The position numbers and the translations under genes are program-made. Shown in pieces: positions 1-8,233 of a stretch of DNA of 64,000 nt. Positions within the stretch are counted from its first letter, which is position 1, and each line of letters opens with the position of its first letter. Origin of the DNA: a virus; the IMG/VR virus record IMGVR_UViG_3300033145_003080, positions 85,038-149,037 of that record; one strand, written 5' to 3'. The notes under the pieces were generated by a model that saw only the letters and a program-made list of their open reading frames with translations, was not told where the DNA came from and ran no database searches.

Positions 1-1
1 A

Positions 2-946
2 AATTTGCATGAAAAATCTGTTGATCTTGCTAAGTACCAAAAGGCGAAAAGAGAAGCTATATATTATGGTACTTTTGGATTTGAGATGGAAGAGCGAGCT
101 GTATCAGCCGGTCAAATGCGTACGGGTGGCCCCAGAACTGAAATGGTTGAAACGGGGGCAACGCGTCGTAGAAAAAAGAAAATAGCAAATATTCTTGGAC
201 CAGGATTTGGGCTTGGAACCACGCGACAACAGGAAGAGGCGGCAGCAGAAATAGATCGTCTAATTGCAACGATGGATAAGCCGAAACTTACTAAACTTGC
301 CCCTTGGGTATCTGAGATAGAAGGCGCCAGGCCTGAATATTTCGGCTCACCATTGTGGGAAAATAGAAAGATGAAAGAAAGGGAGGCCAGGGCAAAATAC
401 GTTGAGGCTGAGGCCCTTGATATCAGAACTGGTCAGGCTAATAAGTTTATGGACCATTTGAGGTACAATCTCTTAGCTCAACCTACTTCCAAACAACAGA
501 CGCAGATAAAAAATATTATTACCGGAAAGATTAGACCAACCGATCTTGGAGCGGGTATAGTTAGTCTTCTCGAAACGGGGGCTGGTGTTACAAAGGCGAC
601 TATAGAAGAGGAGATTGCGGCAGGTACTATTGGTACTTATTTAAGAAAAAGCGAACCTGTTATGTCGAAGCAGGAGGTTAGTGAAATTGAGAAAGCAAGA
701 GTACACTTTGTTAACGCTGAGGCTGCAAAAACCAGGGCTGACAATGTAGTAGATAGAACTATTATTGGAAGAAAAGGTAAAGAAAAGATAGCAACAAAAA
801 AGGGCCTTGAGTATTTAGTAGCAAAAGAAAAATATGAAGAGCTAACACAGGTGATGTCATACCCACAATCAACTCGAGACCCAGGATCATATACCAGTGT
901 GCAACCTCCAATATTGAATTATTGGAATAATAAATGGACACTTTAA
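2..946 (+). CDS. C-terminal part of a large virion-region protein (possibly tape-measure-like), truncated by the window edge
   Basis: Frame is open from the window start; helical, charged, Ala/Glu/Lys-rich; lies directly upstream of tail/hub-like genes. Function is inferred from position only. Confidence 0.35.
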   Translation, partial: NLHEKSVDLAKYQKAKREAIYYGTFGFEMEERAVSAGQMRTGGPRTEMVETGATRRRKKKIANILGPGFGLGTTRQQEEAAAEIDRLIATMDKPKLTKLAPWVSEIEGARPEYFGSPLWENRKMKEREARAKYVEAEALDIRTGQANKFMDHLRYNLLAQPTSKQQTQIKNIITGKIRPTDLGAGIVSLLETGAGVTKATIEEEIAAGTIGTYLRKSEPVMSKQEVSEIEKARVHFVNAEAAKTRADNVVDRTIIGRKGKEKIATKKGLEYLVAKEKYEELTQVMSYPQSTRDPGSYTSVQPPILNYWNNKWTL

Positions 947-958
947 CAAGGTTGTTCT

Positions 959-1831
959 ATGCCATTTCGTTTGCCAAATGAATTTTTAAGCTCACCGGAT
1001 GATAATAAAATACGCCCATACACTGTTGGTACAACAGAGCATGCAGGAACCGTTGCAACAATAGTCCTTTATACAACAGCGCAGGGTTTTTTGTCGGATG
1101 ATGCTCTCAAGACGAATGACTATCTTACTGATTTATCAATGAGCATTTCCGAATTAGAAGCTGGTTCAATTAGTGGAGACGAGCAGGCTCCTCCTTCAAT
1201 ACCAGGCGGCAAGATTGCTTTAATTTCTCTTGATGGCAAGCAGCCGAATAATTATTATGGTGTATTTAATAATTTTTCATTGATAAATGTTCAAGAAGCT
1301 CATGGTGAAATAGTCAAGTTGCATCAAAATTTCTCAAATGGGTGGAATGCATTTTTCTTTGGAGAAAAGCCTGCGATATACAACTTTTCTGGAATGTTCC
1401 TTGATACTCGAGAATATCCATATTACCAGGAATTCATGGTTGCGTATAATAAATATCTTCGTGGCAGAAGATGTATTGAAAACAATATGCAATTAAAAAT
1501 AATGTATGACGGCAAACTCGTAGATGGCTACATGCTCAATATCAGCACCAGTACAACTGGAGATTTGGAACAGAGCAAATCATTCACATTTTCAGTTCTT
1601 GTAAGAGCATCGCGATGGATCAGGATGAATCTTATTCCAGTTTATTCTTCTCATGACAACAGATACATAAGTGTTGATGAATTTAATAGTATGAGAAATG
1701 CTGGCAGGTTGGCTGGCGATTTCTTAAGTGGATATATCGAACATATACAAGTTGACAAGAACGATCCAAGTGGAACTGTAACACCAACGGATATTGTTTC
1801 AGCACCATCGACTAATCTGAAAGATACTTAA
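959..1831 (+). CDS. Hypothetical tail/baseplate-associated protein
   Basis: 290-aa ORF whose stop overlaps the next start (TAATG); beta-rich motifs (FFFGEKPAIYNFSGMFLD, DGYMLNISTS) resemble tube-initiator-like proteins. Confidence 0.45.
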   Translation: MPFRLPNEFLSSPDDNKIRPYTVGTTEHAGTVATIVLYTTAQGFLSDDALKTNDYLTDLSMSISELEAGSISGDEQAPPSIPGGKIALISLDGKQPNNYYGVFNNFSLINVQEAHGEIVKLHQNFSNGWNAFFFGEKPAIYNFSGMFLDTREYPYYQEFMVAYNKYLRGRRCIENNMQLKIMYDGKLVDGYMLNISTSTTGDLEQSKSFTFSVLVRASRWIRMNLIPVYSSHDNRYISVDEFNSMRNAGRLAGDFLSGYIEHIQVDKNDPSGTVTPTDIVSAPSTNLKDT

Positions 1832-4785
1832 TGGCTGAAAAGAAAGGTTTTAGTTATTCATTTAAGATGTATATGGAGGGAATTGCCGTTCCTTTCAAGG
1901 GTGCTACTATTGTCTGTACTCCTAATGGTCAGGAGGCGAATATAAATGTATATTCTAATAAGCAACTTCTTGACATTAAGCCAAAAACCGCCGTACAAAT
2001 ATTCTATCGTGAATGGTCTACTCGAGAGAAAAGGCCTGCATGGAGATTGGCGTTTGATGGATTCTTTTCGTGCTTCTATAAAGTAGATCAAGCAACTGAA
2101 GGGCGTGGATTGGGAATGGTATGTCGTGACTTTCGAATGGATATTCGAAGGGCGCCCGCTGCAATAGCCTGGGAAGCGGCTGATGCTTTAACCACTCGCA
2201 ATTTTTATAATTCGATGGGGATATTTCAGACATTTGTCATAAAAGGAAAAACGCAAAAACAAGGTACTGATATCAGGGTATTTGACAATACAGGACTAGC
2301 ACCTTTGTCCTATACTCTTGGCCTTATTGCCGGCAGCGCAGGATACAGCCGCACATCAAACAAGATGAAAGGGACGAAGAAGAGTACGAACACTATTGCT
2401 GATGAGGGGAGCTTCGATCAACAGATTGGTAAAATACAAAAAGATGAGAAAGCAAATAAGACACAGCAGGATGGTGAAGATGCTTATTCTGCTGAGTTTG
2501 CCAGTGCAACACCATCAGATAATGGGGTGGCAAATTGCGGATTCTATCTGGATGCATTAATTAGGGGTATGTGGCTAGAAGCTGTCGGTGGTACGGCAGT
2601 AGGAACATTCCTTAATAAGCGTATACGGCTTGATAAACGTTTTCTTGTACCGGTAAATAAAGCGGGATATAACTTTTGGAGCAAACAGAGTGGAAGTGTG
2701 CATATTGGTTCTCACCTGATGGGCAATTCACGTTTCTCGAGTCTCGAGGCGGCCATAATGAGATTGGCCGGCGCATTTTCTACTCGAGTGTATTCATGCA
2801 GCACGCCATCATTAATACCAATAGGCAACAAGGCTGATGGAAAACCGTATGATGCAGTTGAGTATGTTATGGATTCAAAGGTAAGGAAGTTTCTCGTAGA
2901 CAGGGCATCTGCCGAATTCGGTGGTAAATATATATTAAATGAATCAATGCTTTTGCCTCCACTCGAGTTTACAGCCCCACCGAATTGTAATCTTCTTTTT
3001 CCACCAATGTATGACAGGGTTGAATGGCAATATGATATTGATGCCGATGTTACTCGAGGGTATTTTGATCAAGTCCACATGCTTTCGTCGCCAGGTGGAA
3101 ACGCCCTTGCATCACCCAGCGTACAGGTTCCGAACGCTTTGTTTAATTTGATGAATAGTGATGGTGATCGGGCAAAAGATATGACAAAATCGAAAGGTAC
3201 CGTTGACGGTACTGATCCGTCTAACAAGAAAGTTGCCAATGCTACAAAAGCTAATGTGACAGAGAATAAAAAGAAAAAACAAAATGCAGCCAGTAAATCA
3301 GTTAAGACAAAAGGGACAGATAGATATGGAAGAATAAAACCGCCACTTACACTTGAGGAAAGGTATAAAGGAATTAATGTCATATTTGGTAGCGTGTCTC
3401 ATGAACTGGCAATGAATGATGCAATCAATGTTGTTAAGGATAGGCAGGCGAATAAGAAGGCCAGGGACAAACTTGATAGTGAGATAGCAAAACTGGAAGA
3501 TGTTAGAGATAAAGCGTTAGGAGCTCTTGAAATATCACCTGAAAACACAGGGTTTGCTGCTGAAAAAGCAGATGCTGTAAGAAATAAAATTAAAGAAAAA
3601 CGTGCTGCCAGAGATAAGCTTAAAGGTCATAGGGGTATAAATAATAAAACTAAAAATGCCCTAAAACATCATGCGCTTTTAAAGTTTCTGAACAGAAAGT
3701 ATGCAGGGCGAGTTGTGACGGTTGATATGGCTTTTAATCCATATATCATGTGTGGTTTCCCCGGGGTAGTAATAGCTGACGACATGGGGTATGGCGAAGA
3801 GTCGATGAAGACTATTCTTGGAATGGTGCAGCAGGTAAAACATACTTTATATATTACACCACAAAGTGCAGAGGCGAATACATCTATTGTTATGAATAAT
3901 GCTCGGTTCGAAGACGAGCCAACTGATATGAACGAACATGGCTCTCCGATGTACATGAAAGCAACTGTTCCGTCAGATGCTGAGATAGACATTGATACAC
4001 TCGAGTACAAAAACAACTACTTTATCCCTGAGCCGAAAGCTCCGGTCAAACGTATTCTTAATTCGGATTATTATGATTTGAATGATGAGAGCCAGCTACA
4101 TAGTGAATATGTATACGCAAAAGATTTACTTAGCTTAACAGCACAGGATATTGCTAATGGAGAACGTAATCAAATTTATATTGACGAAGGGTATGAGCCA
4201 ACACGAATAGCAAAGTTCTATCGTGATGTGTTTGGCCATAAAAAGCAGCATTTTATGATAGGAAGCGCTGTTGACCCGAATAATGAAACAGAACGAATAA
4301 ATTTTATGCATGACACGGTCCATGAAGCCTTACAGTATTTACGTGATTCAAAACCTGAGTTGCTTCAGAATTATGAGGATTGTCTTGATTTTATAAAAAG
4401 AAATGTTTGTTCTGCCGATGCTTTCTATCAGGGAATATTAGGTTTATCTATTAGTGATAAGGTTGCTGATGATGAGGGCAATCAAATATATGAGTATGTG
4501 AACTATCCGGCTTTGGGAGATGAGCTTGGAACTGAGATTCTTTTTAATGACCACATAATTCACAATCGGTATTATGGTGTAACGACCACTGATTGGGATA
4601 GTGGAAATTTGGATGGTTTGAAGCAGAAAAATGGTGGTACGATGTATGAACCAGGTCAATTCAGCAGCATCCGTGAGCACATGCCGGTTACTGCCTTTAT
4701 TCAAGAGCGCAGAGACGCTGTTGAGATATATGTGTCTAAAGTTCTGCAGCGGGTAAGTGGAACACAGTATGCACCGGTTTATTAG
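1831..4785 (+). CDS. Baseplate hub-like protein (gp27/gpD-like fold) with large insertions
   Basis: N-terminal KMYMEGIAVPF...LAFDGFFS...GMVCRD and C-terminal GRVVTVDMAFNPYIMCGFPGVVI...GMVQQVKHTL are typical of hub proteins; tail-module context. Confidence 0.55.
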   Translation: MAEKKGFSYSFKMYMEGIAVPFKGATIVCTPNGQEANINVYSNKQLLDIKPKTAVQIFYREWSTREKRPAWRLAFDGFFSCFYKVDQATEGRGLGMVCRDFRMDIRRAPAAIAWEAADALTTRNFYNSMGIFQTFVIKGKTQKQGTDIRVFDNTGLAPLSYTLGLIAGSAGYSRTSNKMKGTKKSTNTIADEGSFDQQIGKIQKDEKANKTQQDGEDAYSAEFASATPSDNGVANCGFYLDALIRGMWLEAVGGTAVGTFLNKRIRLDKRFLVPVNKAGYNFWSKQSGSVHIGSHLMGNSRFSSLEAAIMRLAGAFSTRVYSCSTPSLIPIGNKADGKPYDAVEYVMDSKVRKFLVDRASAEFGGKYILNESMLLPPLEFTAPPNCNLLFPPMYDRVEWQYDIDADVTRGYFDQVHMLSSPGGNALASPSVQVPNALFNLMNSDGDRAKDMTKSKGTVDGTDPSNKKVANATKANVTENKKKKQNAASKSVKTKGTDRYGRIKPPLTLEERYKGINVIFGSVSHELAMNDAINVVKDRQANKKARDKLDSEIAKLEDVRDKALGALEISPENTGFAAEKADAVRNKIKEKRAARDKLKGHRGINNKTKNALKHHALLKFLNRKYAGRVVTVDMAFNPYIMCGFPGVVIADDMGYGEESMKTILGMVQQVKHTLYITPQSAEANTSIVMNNARFEDEPTDMNEHGSPMYMKATVPSDAEIDIDTLEYKNNYFIPEPKAPVKRILNSDYYDLNDESQLHSEYVYAKDLLSLTAQDIANGERNQIYIDEGYEPTRIAKFYRDVFGHKKQHFMIGSAVDPNNETERINFMHDTVHEALQYLRDSKPELLQNYEDCLDFIKRNVCSADAFYQGILGLSISDKVADDEGNQIYEYVNYPALGDELGTEILFNDHIIHNRYYGVTTTDWDSGNLDGLKQKNGGTMYEPGQFSSIREHMPVTAFIQERRDAVEIYVSKVLQRVSGTQYAPVY

Positions 4786-4793
4786 GAAATAAC

Positions 4794-5486
4794 ATGCCAA
4801 CCGACCAAGAGAACATACTGCAATGGCAGAGGACGAAAGATCCGCGGTTGTTTGCTGATCTTATTATTCGTTATCAGCCTGTGGTTAATAAGGTTGTTGG
4901 GCAATACCGCACTGTCGGCGTTTCCCCTGCCACGTTGCGTGCAGAGGCGACTACCCAACTCATTAAATCCTTCAAGTCTTATGATCCGAAGCATGGTACC
5001 CAGCCGACTACGCACGTATGGAATAATTTGAAAAAGGTACAGCGTGTAGCATCTGAATCTCTTATGTCAGGCCATATCCCTGAGAATAGAGCATTAAAGC
5101 GATCTACTTTTACCATTGTCAAAGATAATCTCGAGGATCGCCTCGGTCGGGAGCCGAGTACTTCTGAAATTGCTGATGAGATAGGATGGAATAAAAAAGA
5201 AGTTGCTCGTATGGAGCATGAACTTGGAGGGGAAGCAACTGCATCGAAAGCTTCTTTTGATTTTTATGGCAATGCGATAACTAAAGAACATCCTGATAAA
5301 GCGCTTGCTGATTATATGTATTATGAATTGGCTGGTCCGGACAAAGTTATTTTTGAACACACTTTTGGCTATGGTGGAAAGCGGATATTGAATAACAAAG
5401 AAATTGCGGGAAAGCTTCATAAAAATGAAATGTGGGTACATCGAGCGAAGAAGCGATTGTCGCAGAAAATTCAATCATATAGATAA
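4794..5486 (+). CDS. Phage sigma-70-family RNA polymerase sigma factor (group 3-like, FliA/SigB-type architecture)
   Basis: Region 2 (LIIRYQPVVNKVV...LIKSFKSYDPKHG...THVWNNLK), region 3 (LEDRLGREPSTSEIADEIGW) and region 4 HTH (NNKEIAGKLHKNEMWVHRAKKR); AGGA RBS. Confidence 0.88.
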   Translation: MPTDQENILQWQRTKDPRLFADLIIRYQPVVNKVVGQYRTVGVSPATLRAEATTQLIKSFKSYDPKHGTQPTTHVWNNLKKVQRVASESLMSGHIPENRALKRSTFTIVKDNLEDRLGREPSTSEIADEIGWNKKEVARMEHELGGEATASKASFDFYGNAITKEHPDKALADYMYYELAGPDKVIFEHTFGYGGKRILNNKEIAGKLHKNEMWVHRAKKRLSQKIQSYR

Positions 5487-5495
5487 GGAGAAAAT

Positions 5496-6038
5496 ATGTT
5501 AGCGCCTGAAGTTTTAAAATCATTCAGTAACCATGTAGACATGGATAAGGTTGCGTACGGTGTGCAGAGTTATTATGCACATAAGGGTGGTGAGGTTGGG
5601 TCTTATGCGTCTCAAACCTATCCAGGGAAAGGGTTTAAGAAGAATGTTGAGATGGGAGTTGACAGGTATGGTAGGAGTGTTTATGACAGGTGGTCACCAT
5701 ACAGCAAAGGGTCTTCTGATTATAATACTGCTGTAGAAAATTTAAAAGGGTCAAAGTATGGCAGGCGCTCTTTGCGGCGTGCTGGGGTTATTAAAAGAGA
5801 ACCACTTTCAGGCGGATATGCAAAACCTGCCATTGCTGGTGCGGCTGTTGGTGGCACGGTTGGAGCGGTCGCTGGAGCCCACGGTGCTCTCCGTGCTGCA
5901 CATCGTATATATAGAAAAACAGGCGTTCTTCCGATGCGAGCCGCAGGAAGAGTCGCTAGAAGGGTTGGTGTTGGCGGTGCCGTGCTTGGTGCTGGCATTG
6001 GACTGGCATCGAGATTTATAAGTAACAGAACTGCATAA
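5496..6038 (+). CDS. Small basic protein with glycine-zipper hydrophobic segments and a KxA-type leader
   Basis: AAGGAG RBS; AIAGAAVGGTVGAVAG and VGVGGAVLGAGIGLA segments; N-terminus SFSNHVDMDKVA. Confidence 0.7.
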   Translation: MLAPEVLKSFSNHVDMDKVAYGVQSYYAHKGGEVGSYASQTYPGKGFKKNVEMGVDRYGRSVYDRWSPYSKGSSDYNTAVENLKGSKYGRRSLRRAGVIKREPLSGGYAKPAIAGAAVGGTVGAVAGAHGALRAAHRIYRKTGVLPMRAAGRVARRVGVGGAVLGAGIGLASRFISNRTA

Positions 6039-6048
6039 AGGATATTAA

Positions 6049-6117
6049 ATGCCTCCTCCAAAACAGGTACATCGGGCAAAGAAACGGTTGTCATAGAAGA
6101 TTCAAACTTATCGATAG
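6049..6117 (+). repeat. Chimeric duplicated gene fragments: start of the 8234 gene (MPPPKQ) fused to a diverged copy of the sigma-factor 3' end
   Basis: 6049-6066 ATGCCTCCTCCAAAACAG vs 8234-8251 ATGCCTCCCCCAAAACAA; 6067-6117 encodes VHRAKKRLS*KIQTYR* vs sigma 5436-5486 VHRAKKRLSQKIQSYR*. Confidence 0.93.
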
Positions 6118-6124
6118 GGTTGAT

Positions 6125-8221
6125 ATGCATATTGCAGATATATACAACACGGCGTTTGTAGATGAGCTTATGAAAGTGGCGAAATTTAAGGGAACGTTGT
6201 TGCCACATCAAGTTGAAGCGCTTGAGAAGTTCAACAAAGAAGACGCTATTCTTCTTTTGCATCATTTGGGATCTGGTAAAACAATAACATCAATTGCCGG
6301 CACTGAAGATGGAGGTTCTGTTGATGTGGTTGTCCCAGCTTCTCTCAGAGAAAATTATAAAAAGGAATTGGCTAAATTTACAACACCCGGCGGTACAAAA
6401 AGAAATGTTATTTCTTATAATAAATATGTAAAAGAAGGACCGACGCCGGGAGCTAAAGCTGCTGTGTTTGATGAGCCTCAAAGGATTGGTAGGCATGGCA
6501 CATTAACATCCCAAACTGTAGTTGGTTCTGCGCTATTGTACCCAAAAAGGATGCTTTTAACAGGAACTCCAGCGACAAATTATCCTTATGAACTTGCTCC
6601 TATTATAAGGACATTAACGCCTGAAGCAAAAAACATACCACTTGATCCAATTGCGTTTAAAAGTAAATTTCTCGGAGAAAAAAAGATTCGATTGTCACCA
6701 CTTAAATATTTAATGGGGATGAAGCCTGGTGTTGAATTTTATCCGCGTAATGTTGAGGAGATCAAAGGCGCCATTAAGGGGAAGGTTCATTATTACAAAC
6801 CTGATGAGGAGGGTTACCCAGAGCGTATTGATGAGGTTAAAAGTGTAGAAGCGTCCCCAGAACAGGTAAAGTATTATAAATATGTTACCAAGCGAGCCAA
6901 TCCGGTTGTTGCTTTAAAAGTGCGCATGAACATGCCTTTGTCTAAAAAGGAATCAAAGGAGTTAAACGCATTCATGACTGCCGCGAGACAAGTCTCAAAT
7001 ACAACAAAGCCATATGGTGGTAAAGAGCAATTGTCTCCAAAGTTAAAGACTGTTATTGACGATTTTGAGGAAAGTGTTAATAAAAATAAAAAACACAAAG
7101 GTATTATATATTCTAATTATCTTGGGGCAGGTGTCGATATTATTGCTGAAGAAATGGAAAAGCGTGGCATTCCTTACACACGTTTTACTGGAAAATTAAA
7201 TGATAAACAAAAAAAAGAATCTGTTGATAAATACAACAAAGGCGAAGTAAAGGCAATACTTGTAAGTGGGGCAGGGTCTGAAGGGCTTGATTTAAAAAAT
7301 ACTCGTTCTATACAAATAATTGAGCCACACTGGAATCAATCGAGAATAGAACAGGTTGTCGGAAGGGGTATTAGGTACAAGTCGCATGAGGGACTTCCTA
7401 AGTCTGAAAGAAAAGTTGATGTAATAAAATACCAAACAACGATTCCAAAAAAAATTATGCAAAAGATTTTTAAGAAAAAATCTGATACATCGGCAGATCA
7501 ATATCTTGAAACTTTAAGTAAAGACAAACAGAGGCTTTTAGACAAATTCCTTGATATTTTTAAAGAAGAAGGAGTGCAGAAATCGGCTTTCGACATGATG
7601 TGTGAAAAAAAATACCAAGCAGTTTTTAAAGATGAGCTTGAAAAAATAGCTGCTGTTAATCCTGAAAATTATTTATATCATTATTTTTCTCCAAAAAGCA
7701 TTAATAAAATGGTTAGTTCCGGCGGAATAGTGGCAACCCCAAGAAAAGCTTTTGGTGGTAAGAAAGTAACTGGTATTAGTACTACTAGAGACCCAAAGGC
7801 CACATTTTTTAAATCTCTTCCCACAAAAGGTGATGTGGGTTTCTTAAGGTTTAAATTATCAAAAGATATAATAAATAAAAATTATAAAATAAAACCTTTT
7901 GACGACATTGGGCTAAGAAGCATCGGAAAGTCTGAAGCTGAAGAATTAATTATTTTAAAAAAAATAAAAGGCAAGCAATCAGTTGTACCTTTTTCAAAAA
8001 TAAAATCAATTGAAGTTGCCGATCCTAGCGGGTTAAAAAATTATTTAAGAAGTGGCTCTATTGATGTAAATAAAATCCCGCAGATTGATTTTTCAAAAAT
8101 GGAAATATCAGGTGAAAATATGGAAAATATTATGGGGGCGCTTAAGCCGAAAGGGTCCTCAAAACAAAGAATTAAAAATATACGAAAAATATTTAACGTT
8201 ATGAAAAAATTAAAAAAATAA
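6125..8221 (+). CDS. SNF2/SF2 helicase-like ATPase with a C-terminal ADP-ribosyltransferase-like domain
   Basis: Q motif LLPHQ, Walker A HHLGSGKT, DEPQ, LLTGTP, SGAGSEGLDLK, QVVGRGIR. After a second KxA motif: YLYHYF...GISTTRD...EAEE, an ART-like triad (less certain than the helicase call). Confidence 0.85.
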   Translation: MHIADIYNTAFVDELMKVAKFKGTLLPHQVEALEKFNKEDAILLLHHLGSGKTITSIAGTEDGGSVDVVVPASLRENYKKELAKFTTPGGTKRNVISYNKYVKEGPTPGAKAAVFDEPQRIGRHGTLTSQTVVGSALLYPKRMLLTGTPATNYPYELAPIIRTLTPEAKNIPLDPIAFKSKFLGEKKIRLSPLKYLMGMKPGVEFYPRNVEEIKGAIKGKVHYYKPDEEGYPERIDEVKSVEASPEQVKYYKYVTKRANPVVALKVRMNMPLSKKESKELNAFMTAARQVSNTTKPYGGKEQLSPKLKTVIDDFEESVNKNKKHKGIIYSNYLGAGVDIIAEEMEKRGIPYTRFTGKLNDKQKKESVDKYNKGEVKAILVSGAGSEGLDLKNTRSIQIIEPHWNQSRIEQVVGRGIRYKSHEGLPKSERKVDVIKYQTTIPKKIMQKIFKKKSDTSADQYLETLSKDKQRLLDKFLDIFKEEGVQKSAFDMMCEKKYQAVFKDELEKIAAVNPENYLYHYFSPKSINKMVSSGGIVATPRKAFGGKKVTGISTTRDPKATFFKSLPTKGDVGFLRFKLSKDIINKNYKIKPFDDIGLRSIGKSEAEELIILKKIKGKQSVVPFSKIKSIEVADPSGLKNYLRSGSIDVNKIPQIDFSKMEISGENMENIMGALKPKGSSKQRIKNIRKIFNVMKKLKK

Positions 8222-8233
8222 TAGGAAAAACCA

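Noticed and set aside
6094-6096. TAG at a Gln position in the duplicated sigma fragment, suggesting TAG=Gln recoding
   Set aside because: Several genes here end cleanly at TAG (e.g. 10300, 12084, 23963) and long ORFs are intact in code 11; a single C>T change in a dead fragment is the simpler explanation.
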